Position numbers and translations under genes: made by a program. Below the pieces are notes generated by a model. That model was given only the letters and a program-made list of their open reading frames with translations. It did not search any database and was not told the origin of the DNA. Below, in pieces: positions 39,340 through 52,347 of a stretch of 64,000 bases of DNA (positions are counted from its first letter, which is position 1; each line of letters begins with the position of its first letter). Origin of the DNA: Takakia lepidozioides (taxonomy: Eukaryota > Plantae > Bryophyta); assembly GCA_030704615.1 (NCBI GenBank), contig CM060733.1, forward strand, positions 4,836,001 to 4,900,000, in the 5' to 3' direction.

Positions 39340-39941
39340 ACTAGTTAACTAGCAGGCCAGTAAAAAACATGCAAACCAGACCTTAACTATATTAATTAAT
39401 AGTGTAGTCTGAGTCAGAGGATAGCGCCCCCAGGATGACCCTGGGTTCAAACCTCATGCAGAATGATTTGTTCTGATGGTATATAACTAGGTTTACAAAC
39501 AATCAATATGTCTTGGAGCCTGGGAGAGCTCTTAGCTAGTGGTCGGGTGTTTGTGTGTTGCTATGCATAACCTATGTTATCTACAGTTCAAAGTGTCCAC
39601 TTTCTGACCCAAAACAGTAATCCTTTAGGATGAAGAGACACTGATAGTAAAAGTATGAGGCCTCCCGAAGGAAACATAAATTATGGTATCTCTTGAACCC
39701 CACCAAGGAGAACACTAGGAATGAGGTAAGAACTTAATGCACACGTGCAACCTGTGACAGGACAGTAAGCCGCTTTCGGCATGTCAAATCTTCCCCACCC
39801 TCTGTTGAGAGTGACATGGAACTAAAGGGAGTATAACTCTAGTTGGGGTTACACAGAATGGATGGAGTGTAACTCCACTCGGTGTAACTCACACTTGGTC
39901 TCAAAATTTCACTAAGTATAAAATGGACTATGAGGATTACA

Positions 39942-40115
39942 TAGTAGTAGTAGTAGTATGACGCCTCCCGAAGGATGGAGTCACTTCACCCCGAAGGGCT
40001 ACTGCCGTCCGCTAGGAAGGTGGACACCTTCATGACACACCAGACCGTGGTTTGAACCCACAACCACATCCAACGTGGTATGTGCCCATTACCACTGGGC
40101 TACATGCTGGTTGTC
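39942..40115 (-). mobile_element. tRNA-derived SINE family B, full length
   Basis: A box TAGCCCAGTGG, B box GGTTCAAACC, (TAC)n tail, and a 12-bp TSD ATGA(G/A)GATTACA. Confidence 0.85.
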
Positions 40116-40732
40116 ATGAAGATTACACAAGATGGAGGTGACACTAATCCCAGGTTACACCAGCTGAGGTGAGAGTATCCCGGGTTCCACTAACAAGGGT
40201 TATAATAGCCTCCTATCAAGAATCGAATCCAAAATCTTGTCACTCATTGCAATCACCCTACCAACACACTACTCACCATTACACCCTTATGGATTCTTAG
40301 GTACTTACTAAGGCTACGCATTGCTCCACACTACTAACGACGACTTCTCAGAATAATGTTCCTGTCGATTGAAAATATATTTTATGCGAAAAACAATAGG
40401 AGCAATGTAAAAACTTAATGCAGACGTGCGATTTGATGGTACTTTTGCCGGATTTAGGTAGCGTCGACTCCTTAAGCTTTGTTGAGAAAAGGGGTACTAG
40501 ACCAGTTATGCAACCCTCTCACGTTGCCTTGTTTACGGCCTTTCAAATATATTTACCTTTAAAAAGAAAGGTAGTAGTGGTTCAGGGTGAAATAACATCA
40601 TAACTTACGTGAGATATATTTTCAATTGTCTAAAAATATAGACAAGAGATAGAGATATAAGGCTAAGAATTTTGACATTTCATTGGCTATTACCATATAT
40701 ATATATATATATATATATATACTTCTGTATAT

Positions 40733-40980
40733 ATTATTATTATTATTATTATTATTTTGGAGAAAGGGAAACACCTGGGAGCGACAGCTCACACAAATCA
40801 GGCCCCTTAATTATAGTAAGAGGAAAAAATAACCTCTTTCAGAGTAACGACACCGTGAAGGCTTTCGCATGGGACACCGCCCAAGGGAAGGGGAGGAACA
40901 TACCATAGCCATCAAGGTAGCAAGGTTTGACCCCATAATCATCTTGGTGGCACTCAATGCACTATCCAACTTAACTATCA
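40733..40980 (-). mobile_element. tRNA-derived SINE family A
   Basis: Minus strand GATAGTTAAGTTGGATAGTGCATTGAGTGCC..GGGGTCAAACC (A and B boxes), with an (AAT)n tail next to an (AT)n tract. Confidence 0.7.
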
Positions 40981-41599
40981 ATTATTTTATTATTTTATTT
41001 ATTTTTTAAATATAACAGGGGACTGAGGCTCTGGTTATTTTATTCAAGTTCAAAAGGCAGAACTGAAGGTTCAAGAAGTACAAGAGGAAAAAATAACCTC
41101 TACCATGAGTGCCATGGAGGCTGACCCAGGAAGACATAGCTTCGTGACCAAATCGTCTAGAGAGGGGGCGGGGAGGAGCCTTCCGGAACCAATAACTCTG
41201 GGAGGCGCGATCTGCCAGCTACCTAGAAATAGAACAAGAAAGAGCAGAACGAGGGGCCCAGAGCCTAAGAAAGGTGCAAGGGAGGTGGGAAGTGCAGGGG
41301 GTGCCAAGGTTGGCTGCCAAAACTCATAGATCCAGGCAGAATCACAACTAAGAGGCCAGTGCCAAGACTAGCTGCCATAAGGCAGAATATAACTATCCAG
41401 GCTGGCTGCAAAAACTCACAGCTCTAGGCAGAACACTACTGAGAGGCCAGTGACCCAAGAAGCCAGAGTTAAGCTCTTACAAGGAAAAACTGCCAACATA
41501 ACTGGGAACCAGAACTAGCAAAACCAAGACATTAATTCAAACTGCCAAAAGACAGCGCTTTTGCTTTGCCTTTCTTATAGGATTTGCAATGGCGCCAAT

Positions 41600-44500
41600 T
41601 CACTTCAGACTCATCACCCCCCAAGGGGAGCGCATGGAACTAAGTGAGTTGCCACTCTTGTAGGATCTCGTCGTTCCAACGCACCCTTGATTCGGACATT
41701 CTGGTGCAAATCCTCCCACCTCTGCCCCAAGATTGGTCAAAGTCTTGGAGGAGCTTGATGGCTCTCCTTTCCGCACATCTGGAAAGAGCTGCCCCCAACA
41801 CAAGCCACCCTTATGAGCCTCAGACAGGAGGTCTGAGTGAGCCTTAAAAATGACAGCCCTAACACAAAAAGGCTTACCCGAGAAAATTAAGGCACATCTA
41901 GCTTTCCAGATATTCCACAGCGTGTGCGCACGAAGCACAGCCCAAACAGGGCAGACTGACCACACCTCACCAGCATTAAAATTCAGCAGCAAGACAGAAG
42001 ATGCATCTGTAGGGACCGAGTTCCAAAGAGCATAATAACGAATAATTTTGGAACAGGTCTTTACAGGAAGAATACGATTAACCAATTTCCAGAGAAATCC
42101 TGAGATCTTCGCAGCCCTGTCCTTCCGCCACACATCCTCCCAGATGCATTTCCAAATAATGGGGGTATTCGGCAAGTGAGCCCTAGTCCATTTAAGGTTC
42201 ATTGATACCTTTGGGTTCAGCAGGGAACAGCCGAGCTTTACAGAGAATGCAAAAAAAAAAAAAAGCAGCCTGTTCTGCCAGATCCATTCGCCAAGATCAA
42301 ATTGAAGCATGGCCAGAGGGGCCAGCAAGAACCACATGAAAAAAGGGTTCGTATGACAGCCATTGTCAGCAGATGGATTCACCACCCCAGTTGTCTTGCA
42401 AACAATGCGAATAGCATAGCAGGAGATCTCCGGTACGGTACCCATAATGGGAGAATGCAGGTAACCAGAGTCTAAAGTCTGAAATTGCCAACCAGAAACC
42501 CAGGAGCCAGATCGAGTTAAGGCAAAAAAGGCCACTTTCAATTCACTGGAGTGGAGCCCAAGCCAGGCTGGAAACTGCCTTTTAATGGCCGGGAAGGATG
42601 TCAGGAAATCCAAGGGAGGGAGGTCAGCAGTCACTGTCTCCCACCCAGCTCTCAATCTAATTCGCGAGAGGGAGTCCTCAGCTGTCTCTGCAGGAATGAG
42701 AGCTCCATTTTTCTACACATGGAAGAAGTTGGAGATACCCGAAGCTCCCCAATGGGCCCAACGAGAAGAACATCTAACCAGCACTCCGAATCTCGGTTAT
42801 AATTTGCGAATAATGGCTGCCTGGGCGTTTCTTCAGGAGTCCGAGGCATAATTTGGGAGAGATGTTCCCTCATGGCCACCCAAGCTTGCCAAATTGATCC
42901 CCAAGCTGCGGAGCCCGAGAGAGCTTTGGAGTTGGAAGACCCCCCTTGCACTGTCCATGTGAGAGAGGGAGGCCAGATCGACGCTGGAGTTGGGCGAGCT
43001 TGAACCAGGTGATGACGGACCAAGAGACTCCAAAGAGATAACGAATGCTTGAAAATTCTAGGAACCCACTTGGCAAGCAAAGCTGAGATCTGGGACTGTG
43101 GGTCAATAATCCCAAGGCCACCATTGCATTTCTTCTGCGTTAGTTGCTGCCAACTTATGAGGGCACGCCGGGTCTGCCCCGGGGAAGAAGCCCCCCAAAT
43201 GAAATTCCGAATCAAGGCTTTCATCTGCCTGATAAAGAGCTTCCCAGGAAACCATACAGAGGCCGAGAACCAACATGAGGCTTCTAAAACTTGGTTCACA
43301 ATAAGAGCTCTACCAACTATGGAAAGGTGGACCGAGCACCAATAATTTAGTTTACTTCTGAGATGAGCCAAGACAGCATCCGCCCTCAGCTGGTCAGAAA
43401 AATCATGCCCCACAAGATGACCCAGCAAGACATGAGACTGCCCATCCTAAAGCCATGAGAGGTCGAGGTCATCTCCCCAAGGTGGACAATGAGCTGCTCC
43501 CGCCCCGTCTCTCAATTTAGATAGAATTCCTTTTGACTTCGTCCAGTTAATGTTCAGTCCAGAAGCCATACAAAATTCAGATAAGGAGAGGAGAGTGCCT
43601 TGGACATTGGCCTCGGAGCTGTTATCCACCAAAAGAGAAGTGTCATCGGCGTAAAGCGAGGATTTGATACTATAGTCTTGGATGGAAGGATGGATGATTC
43701 TAAGACCCACCACCTCAGGTCTGCTCTGAAGGAGATGACTAAGGCCATCAGCCGCTATAATAAAAAGGAAGGGGGAGAGGGGGCAACCCTGATGCACCGA
43801 GCGGGAGAGGGGGAAAGAGGTAGAGATTGACCCGTTCACCAGGACTTTACTGGAGGTTGAGTGGAGAAGGATTCGGATCCAGTGGAGGAAATTGCCTTTA
43901 ATTCCACAAGCTTGAAGAGCACCTAGCAGATAGCTCCACTCAATGTTATCGAATGCCTTCTCGAAGTCCAGCATCAGAAGAGCAAGAGGCTGATTAGATT
44001 CGTATGCAGTGTATAGAGCTTCATGCGCAAGAAGGATATTGTCCAAAATCATACGGTCTTTGAGAAAACCTGTCTGCTCATGCCTTATCAACTTGTAGAG
44101 AAGCGGCTGCAGCATGATGGCTAGAGCTTTAGCTATTATTTTGTAAACTGCGTCCAACAAGGTGATCGGCCTATAGTTCAAAATGGAATCTCGGTCGCCC
44201 TTCTTGTGGATGAGTGTAATTACTCCTTGAGAGATCTGAGAGGGCATTATCCCTTTTTGCAAAATGTCTTCAGTGAAGGAGACAAAGTCATCTCCACACA
44301 CCGTCCAAATAGCTTTAAAAAGCTCAACAGGTAACCCATCAATCCCAGGAGACTTGAAAGAGGCCACTCGCCAAAGCATCTGAAAGCTCCATGGAGGAAA
44401 AGGGGGCAGAAAGCTTTTCTAGTTCAGCCTCAGTGACCACTGACTTAAACATAGAAAGCACTTCAGCACGAGCTGCCAGATGAGCAGGGGCAGACGGTCA

Positions 44501-45796
44501 ATCAGAGAACAAGGAAGCATAGTGGGAAGCTGCCAATGAAGCCATTTTTTTGGGATTTAACACCTGCAGCCCCTGCTCATTTTTCAGGGAAGCAATGGTA
44601 GTAGCCGCACGGCGTTGCTTGGCTTTAAGAAAGAAATACCGAGACATCTTTTTCTCCTTCAAAGACCAATTGATGCCAGCCTTTCTTCTCATGTTTTCTT
44701 CCTTCGCATGAGTGAGCTCAGCCAGATTTCTTTTTGCCAAAAGGTAAGAATCCCATGTTTGAGAGTAAGCCCAGCCCGATTCCATTACCTTCTGGCATTG
44801 AGCTAGGCATTTAAGGAGGGCCTTCTCCTTCTTATTTCTGTTCATGGCGAAAGATCTAGAAAGCTCTTGAGCAATTTTTCTAACAGCCACCAGCTTTTTG
44901 AGGAAGCAAATCGAGGGGGAGGCGAAGTCCTGATCAGAAGACAACCAAGCTTTCTTGATGATCTCAAGATACTCGGGGATAACCAGGATGGAGGGGTTTA
45001 GTTTGAAAAAACCCCTTCCCTTGGCATGTGCCCCAGGCATAGCGAAAGAAGCACTCACCGCTGCATGGTCAAACCCTGGAAGGATAGGCCCTAAGGGTGA
45101 AGGCTTCACCCAGATTGCAGGGGTGGGAGAGCAGTATATATGATCCAGACGGGCCATACAGAGGTCAGGCGGAGTGCGGTTATTGGACCAGGTGAAAAGC
45201 AAGTCGTTCTGAAAATGGATAAAGGAATAAGACATCCCCACCGCAAAGCACAAAGCATTCCAGGCATCAGATTCATTCGAGGACAAGGTATGAGAAGCTG
45301 AACCAAGCCTATCATGAGGATTCTCAACCATATTCAAATCACCAGCTATAATCCAATGGGGTACGTTAGGATGAGCCTGTATCTTGAGCCGAAGGAAAGA
45401 CCAAAATTCGATTCTTTCTGCTACAGAATTGGGGGCATAAAGGTTCACAAAAGCCCATGCCTCAAAAGCAGAATTGATCAAGGAACAAACAACTTGAATT
45501 CTTCTTTGCATCCAGGAATCAACGGAAGAGAAGAAAGAAGTCAAAGAGGGAGAGATCAAAATAGTTGTACCCCCTCTTGAGTCCACGATAGAAGGGTTCC
45601 ACCAAGCTGCATTGCTAGGCCAAAAGGAACTGCCTAAAGCCTGGATTTTAGCTGCATCTAGCTTATGCTCCTGCAGGGAGATAAAAGCATTAGAGCTCCT
45701 AAAGTCCCCGGCCCACTGCTGTAACCTTCACCTCTTAGGCATAGAGGCATCAGATCCAATGCCTCTTATATTCCATGAGGTAAGCGTAAAATTCAT
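41600..45796 (-). pseudogene. LINE ORF2: APE endonuclease - reverse transcriptase - C-terminal domain
   Basis: SWNIRG, LQEHK, NLYAPN, GDLN, ARLD; KSPGIDG, YRPITLL, LDFEKAFD, QGCPLSP, YADD; GGLGI. Several stops and frameshifts. Confidence 0.95.
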
Positions 45797-46664
45797 GGAG
45801 GGAATTCTTGGAAGCCCATGGCATATCCATGACTTGATGGCTTATGTAACAAGAAGAGCAGCAGATGAATAGGTTGGTTAGGCTGGTCATGTAAAGTTGG
45901 CAACACCCTTGTGGCCTCGCGGATCGCATGTGAACCTGACCAGAAAAATCGGATCCCCAAAAGCTTGGAGCTGGAGAAGGATAGATCGAAAGTGTTCGGA
46001 CATCCCCATAGCAGCAAGGCTTAAATTTGAGAAGATTGGCCAACTTGCCATCACTTAGAGATTCTGCTGTTAATCTAGACAGCCAAGGAATTAGCTTAAA
46101 AACCGAGCAGCACTTCACCATACTGCCTGAAAACCGACACCGCGGGAGAAACCTCCGAAAACAAGAGAGAACCGCTCCAGAGCACCACCAGTGATCATCA
46201 AATACGCACAAATGAGATAGGGAGAGCTGATAAAGGCTCACCAATGGGAGTGCCTGGAAATCCTTCTCCACAGGTGCCAGAGCTACCTCCCTTGCCTCCA
46301 AATCCCTAATGTTGAATTAAACCGCCAGTCCATCCGATCAGAGGGGATTTTGAAGCTCCACCTCCAAACCCTTGGCTTTCTCCGATGCCATCAGCAGCTT
46401 CCTCCCAACAGCATACGTTTGAGCCAGCCAAGGCAATTCTACCGCGGAGCCACAACCAGCGGGGAATTTTGCATCAGAAACCCACCTAAACCCCCCCTCG
46501 CCTGCAATATCCTGGTCACACACGTCAGAAAAACGCATGACCGGGAGAACCTGTATGGTATAGGGGAAGTTTGACGAGTTGTCCTTACCCAGATAGGCCC
46601 CGAAGAAGAGGGCAGTGTCAGCAAATAGAGAAAAAGAAGGGAGCTTAGAAGAGAAAAGCTCGAT
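45750..46664 (-). pseudogene. LINE ORF1, C-terminal part
   Basis: Rejoins ORF1 in frame (..VVSKV|IELFSSK..) once the CACTA and one TSD copy are removed. Overlaps the ORF2 start. Confidence 0.7.
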
Positions 46665-47219
46665 CACCCACTACAACAGAACGCGGTATATCTGACTGCG
46701 AGGCCGCGGTAGTCATGGTTTTCCTGACTTTGACCATGACTTCCCTATATTTTTGGACCAAATGGGGCTTCATGTAGTCGTTGAAATGACTGCGTGACTA
46801 CGTAGTCCTCTGGGTGACTACGTTGGTAGACTTCGTCATGACTACATGGCTCCGCTAGACGGAAGGTTGGTCAACGATGGTTGACCAGCGCGAGTTCACC
46901 ACCAAACAGTCGTTGGAATGGCTTCTAGTGTGAAGCTTGGTAGCCAAAAGGTTAATTTTTTTTTAAATTTAAGTTGCTTATAGGGTTGCCCATTAGAAGG
47001 CCGGGACTTAGTTTTTTTTTTTTTTTTTTTTTTCTCCTGCGCGGTTTCTTAGTATCGAGCTGTTGTGTCATGGAACGCGAGGATCGTAGGATAGGGCGTG
47101 GGATGGAGGCTTTGTATTGAGCTACTGATGCGGGGCGAAGCGCAACCTGCACCGCAACCGCAATGGGCTCTTGGCTCATGTTATCTTGGGAGAGTCAGCT
47201 TGGCTTGGCAGTCCGTGTT

Positions 47220-49350
47220 TCAATTTTACCTTTGTGGAAAAGGGTAAAAGGTCCATGGTGACATTGTCAAATTTAGGGTATCCAGAAACATATGTGGTAG
47301 TATTGAGGATACAAAGGGAGTGTTTGAGAATATGGTTGAACGAACCTAGAGTGTGATGATCGCGGGATATGCCCCAGCATGGATGCGGGATGGAGGCATT
47401 GGAGACCTATGAGCAAATGATGTGGGAAGGGTAAAGGCAAACTTGGTCACGTTCGTTTGTAGATGCAATGCGTGTGCGAGCCTGGCAGCCTTGGAAAAGG
47501 GCAAAGAGGTCCATGCTGACATCATCAGAGCTGGAATTGTACGAGATGTCATTCCGAACAATACCCTGGTAGACATGTATGCCAAATGTGGCAGCATCGA
47601 AGTTGCAAAGAGAATGCAAATACTACTTCCATTGAGCGTTTTCATCTGTCTTCCTAGTGCAGATGCTTGGGTGCAACACAGTACAACACAATCCCTGTTC
47701 TATGAACGAGCGTTGATCACGTGGATTTAATGATGGCAGGATTCTTCTTCGACCTGTTTCAGCCTGGTTTGCCTTCCCATCAGACTTGGCCCTGGATTGC
47801 TCGGCAGAGCAGAGCTGGCATATTGAGGGTTTTACAGATCCTTCACGATGATGGGACAACCGCGATCGCAAGGTGTGGCTTTTTTTTAATGTACGATGTG
47901 AAGAAGTTTGTCCATCCTGCAAATGTGGGCTCTTGGCTTTTGGCTCTTGGTAGGAAAGTTGGAAAGCAGGTGCACACTCACATTGTCCAAAGTGGATTCA
48001 CGCCGAACATTTTTCTACTCAACACCCTTGTCAACATGTATATTAAGGGGAGCATCATGGATGATCACCAAGTGTTCAACACAGAATGCCTCAACGATCT
48101 TTGATCATGTGGAATATAATGTTGGCAGGATTTACCAAGCATGGACGTGGTACGAATGCCTTGGAGACCTGTGAGCAAATGATGCGCGAAGGGGTGAGCC
48201 CAACCACATCACGTTTGTTTGTGTTTGCAATGCACGTGCAAGCCTGGAAAAAGGGAAAGAGATCCATGGCTTTGGAGGCTTTGGAGACCTATGAGCAAAT
48301 GATGGGGGAAGGGGTGAAGCCCAGCCACATCATGTTTGTGTGCATTAGCAATGCTTGTGCAAGCCTGGAAGCCCTGGAGAAGGGCAAAGAGGTGCATGGC
48401 GATATCATCAAAGCTGGAATTGTACCAAATGTCATTCTAAACACTGCCTTGGCAGCTCTGGAAAAAGGGAAAGAGGTCCATGGTGACATCTTCAGAGCTG
48501 GAATTGTACCAAATGTCATTCTGAGGCATACCCTGGTGGACATGTATGCAAAGTGGGTGCATCGAGCCCTGGACAAGGGCAAAGAGGTGAATGGCGATAT
48601 CATCAAAGCTGGAATTGTACCAAATGTCATTCTAAACACTGCACTGGCAGCTCTGGAAAAGGGGAAAGAGGTCCATGGTGACATCTTCAGAGCTGGAATT
48701 GTACCAAATGTCATTCTGAACTATACCCTGGTGGACGTGTATGCAAAGTGGGTGCATCGAGCCCTGGACAAGGGCTAAGAGGTGCATGACAATATCATCA
48801 AAGCTGGAATTGTACCAAATGTCATTCTGAACACTGCCCTGACAGCTCTGGAAAAGGGGAAAGAGGTCCATGGTGACATCTTCAGAGCTGGAATTGTACC
48901 AAATGTCATTCTGAACCATACCCTGGTGGACATGTATGCAAAGTGGGTGCATCGAGCCTTGGAGAAGGGCAAAGAGGTGCATGGCGATATCATCAAAGCT
49001 GAAATTGTACCAAATGTCATTCTGAACACTGCCCTGGCAGTTCTGGAAAAAGGGAAAGAGGTCCATGGCGATATCTTCAGAGCTGGAATTGTACCAAATG
49101 TCATTCTGAACAATACCCTAGTGGACATGTATGCAAAATATGGGTGCATCGAGGATGCAAAGGGAGTGTTCAACACTACAGCTGAACGAGATGTGGTGTC
49201 GTGGAGTGCGTGCTTACAGGGTATGCATAGCGGGGACGTGGGATGGAGGCTTTGGAGACCTTGAGCAAATGATGGGGGTAGGGGTGAAGTCCGGGAAAAG
49301 GGCAAAGAGGTGCATGGGGATATCATCAAAGTTGGAATTGTACCAGAGTC
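47220..49350 (+). pseudogene. Captured PLS-class PPR gene fragments with four tandem 195-bp units
   Basis: ACASLAALEKGKEVHADIIRAG..NTLVDMYAKCGSIE and RDVVSW motifs. Unit landmarks at 48382, 48577, 48772 and 48967. Confidence 0.9.
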
Positions 49351-49359
49351 ATTCTGATT

Positions 49360-49585
49360 ACAACCGGTAATCAATCCATTCATCGGCTACATTGTTGTGT
49401 CAAAAGTCCATGCGTAGACTAGAATCCACATGTTCAATGGTGGGCAGGGAAAACTGTTCTTGCTGCCCAAAGCATGTGATAGTCACAAGCCTAGCAATTA
49501 ACTCTGAAAAATGATGGATGACTAATGCCTTGGTTACAACATCCACCCTTGTCAACTCTTGCGATGTTGCAATGAAATATACCTG
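49360..49585 (-). pseudogene. Captured exon of an ABCC/MRP transporter
   Basis: YFIATSQELTRVDVVTKALVIHHFSELIARLVTI..LRMDF resembles ABCC TMD2 ([30 protein letters not shown].TIR). Confidence 0.8.
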
Positions 49586-49619
49586 CAACGGGCATTGATT
49601 AGAAGTTAGCTTTACTTCC

Positions 49620-51025
49620 ATGTCAGCTGCTAGCAGCAAGGCAAGGATGTATGCATGATTTGTGTAGAGTCATGGACAGCTGAAGAGCAGGGATAGAGTG
49701 GGGGTCCAGATTCATTTAAGAAGGTCGGGTTTCAAGCTCCAGATTACCTATCATTCCCTATGGAAGGACAAGTACAAGAAACAGATGGTCAAGTGGAAGC
49801 CGCATCAGCAGCAGCACAATTGATAAAATCAGACATTGTTAATGAAGGCACCTTCTTCAACACATTTCACCTATTTTCCCCTCTTATCAGAGTTGGCACT
49901 CTATTTTCATGTTCAATAGCTACAAGAAATCTGCATGGGTAGATGGTCAACTGGAAGCTGCAGCAGCAGCGGCGGAATTGATAAAATCAGGCACTGCTAA
50001 TGAAGGCACCTTCTTCAACACATTTCACCCTGTTTTTCCCTCTTATCAGTAGCGGCTCTAAATTTTCATGTTGAATTCTGCAAGTTAGCTGGTTGAGTGA
50101 ACCTTTGTAGTTTGGAGTGACTTTTGACATGCTACTGCCAATGTGACAACAAGAAAGAATCCAGAAACAGGTAATGGAGACCACAAGAAGCTGTGGAGTG
50201 AATACTTTTCTGACCCCTGTCAATGGTGGGACAATCAAGGCAAAAAGGTGAATGCCTATTGGATTACAGAGAGGAGAAGATGCAATTGAGCATAGGAACT
50301 AGTGTGATAAGTTGAGTTAGGTGTTTCCTAGAACAATTCGAGGCTTTCATTATTAGCTGTTAGCAGCAAGGCAAGGGTGAATGCATGATTTTGGCAGAGG
50401 CATGGATAGCTGAAGGAGCAGGGATAGAGTGTGGGTCCAGATTCAGCGAAGAGGGCTGGACTTCAAGCTCCTATGATTCCCTGTGGATCAATAGCTACTA
50501 GCAACCTGCATGGATAGATGGTCAATTGGAAGCTGCAGCAGTAGCGGTGGAATTGATAAATCAGGCACTATTAATGAAGGCACCTTCTTCAACACATTTC
50601 ACCCTGTTTTTCCTTCTTATCAGAATTGACCCTAAGTTTCCATGTTGAATTCTGCATGCTAGCTGGTTGAGTGAACCTTTGATAGTTTGGAGTGACTTGA
50701 CATGATACTGCCAATGTGACAACATGAAAGCATCCAGAAACAGGTAACAGAGATGAAGAAAAGCTGTGGAATGAATACTTTTCTTACCCAGTCAATGGTG
50801 GGACAATCCAGGCAAGAAGGTGAATGTCTGTCTGATTATAGAGAGCAGCAGATGTAATTGAGCATATGAACTAGTGTGATAAGTTGAGTTGGGTGTTTCC
50901 TAGAATAAATCTAGGTTGTCATCGTCAGCTGCTAGCAGCAAGGCAAGGATGTATGCATGATTTATGCATAGGCATGGATAGCTGAAGGAGCAGGGATAGA
51001 GTGTGGGTCTAGATTCATCCAAGAG
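49620..51025 (+). repeat. Tandemly duplicated block containing an OSB/PDF-motif exon
   Basis: Block starts recur at ~49625, 50355 and 50927. LWSEYFSDPCQWWDN at ~50190, with a frameshifted second copy at ~50765. Confidence 0.7.
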
Positions 51026-51430
51026 GGCAAAAAGAGGTCCATGGTGACATCGTCAAAGCTGGAATTGTACCGGATGTCATTCTGAACACTACCCTGGTGA
51101 CATGTATGCCAAATGTGGGTGCATTAAGGATGCAAAGGGAGTTTCAACACTATGGCTGACCGAGATGTGGTATCATGGAACGCGATGCTTGCAGGGTATG
51201 CACAGCAGGGCGGACGTGGTATGGAGGTTTTGGAGACCTATGATCAAATGATGGGGGAAAGGGTAAAGCCTGACCACATCACATTTTTGTGCATTTGCGA
51301 TGCATGTGCAAGTCTGACAGCTCTGGAAAGGGCACAGAAGTCCATGGCAACATTGTCAGAGCTGGAAATTTACCAAATGTCATTCTGAACAATACCCTTG
51401 TGGACATGTACATGCAAAATGTGGGTGCAC
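51025..51430 (+). pseudogene. Captured PLS-PPR fragment
   Basis: MADRDVVSWNAMLAGYAQQG..KPDHITFLCICDACASL. Confidence 0.85.
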
Positions 51431-52347
51431 CCTATCCTGCTAATTTGTTGTTATGTTGGAACAGTAACAAACGTAGAAAGGCATACGCATTTTACATCTG
51501 TTGTTATCTTCAGTGCATATGTAGTGTCATTTGCACTTTGTCATACTATTGTTTGAGGAGCAGATTTTGGGACTCAGGTGCTATATTGTAAATTCAACTG
51601 GCAGCAGTTTAAGAGAAGCTCTTACATCTACTGTTGTCTTTATGTTCTTTCCTGTGATTCTTGCATGTGAATAAAGCATTCATTTGCAGAGTCATTTTTT
51701 GTGTCTTTGTTCTTCCCTTTGTTCTTCTCTTTGTTTAGTATTGAATAATACTAACCCTAATCTCTACTAACCCTAATGAAATAAACATAGTCGTGGCTCT
51801 GCCTGTCCAATACATTTAAAAGTTCAAAACAACCCCTCATATGACACCACGTGTCCATATATCAGCATGTCATAGTCAGGATCATGACTGCAAAACCTCC
51901 TCAATACATGCCACATGTCCACATATCAGGATGTTTGTAGTCATGACAATGACTGCAAGACCTCTTCATTATATGCCACGTATCCATATATTAGCATGGT
52001 TGTAGTCAGGATAATGACTGCAGATCCTCCTCAAGGATATGCCACGTGGCAGTTTCGGGAGACGCCATATGGCGCACATCCACAAAACCTCCTGGACTTA
52101 TTAGAAAGAGATACGTGTACAGTTTGCAGCAGCATACTAAGTCATGTATGGTAGAAGTACGTATGACTGCCACATGACAGTAAGATGTATCACTTGGTTC
52201 ATCTGACTGCAGTCATCCATGACCGACCATACTGTACTCATTGTATTGACTTGGTTTGCACGACTTGAATCATAGAAGTCATATGTACCGTTTATGATTA
52301 CGGGATAGTCATATATACAGTCATATATACCGCGATCTGTTGTAGTG

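Larger units (their letters stand above)
46669..52347. mobile_element. Non-autonomous Pack-CACTA element carrying host gene fragments
   Basis: 30-bp TIR CACTACAACAGA(A/T)CGCGGTATAT(C/A)TGACTG, ATGACT/AGTCAT subterminal repeats, and CACC on both flanks. No transposase. Confidence 0.92.

Noticed and set aside
39942-40115. tRNA genes here and at ~2990, ~39410 and ~40950
   Set aside because: A/B boxes are present but no cloverleaf is evident. Tails, a TSD and dispersed copies indicate SINEs or SINE relics.
47220-51430. Functional PPR gene
   Set aside because: It has stops, frameshifts and scrambled motif order, and lies inside CACTA TIRs.
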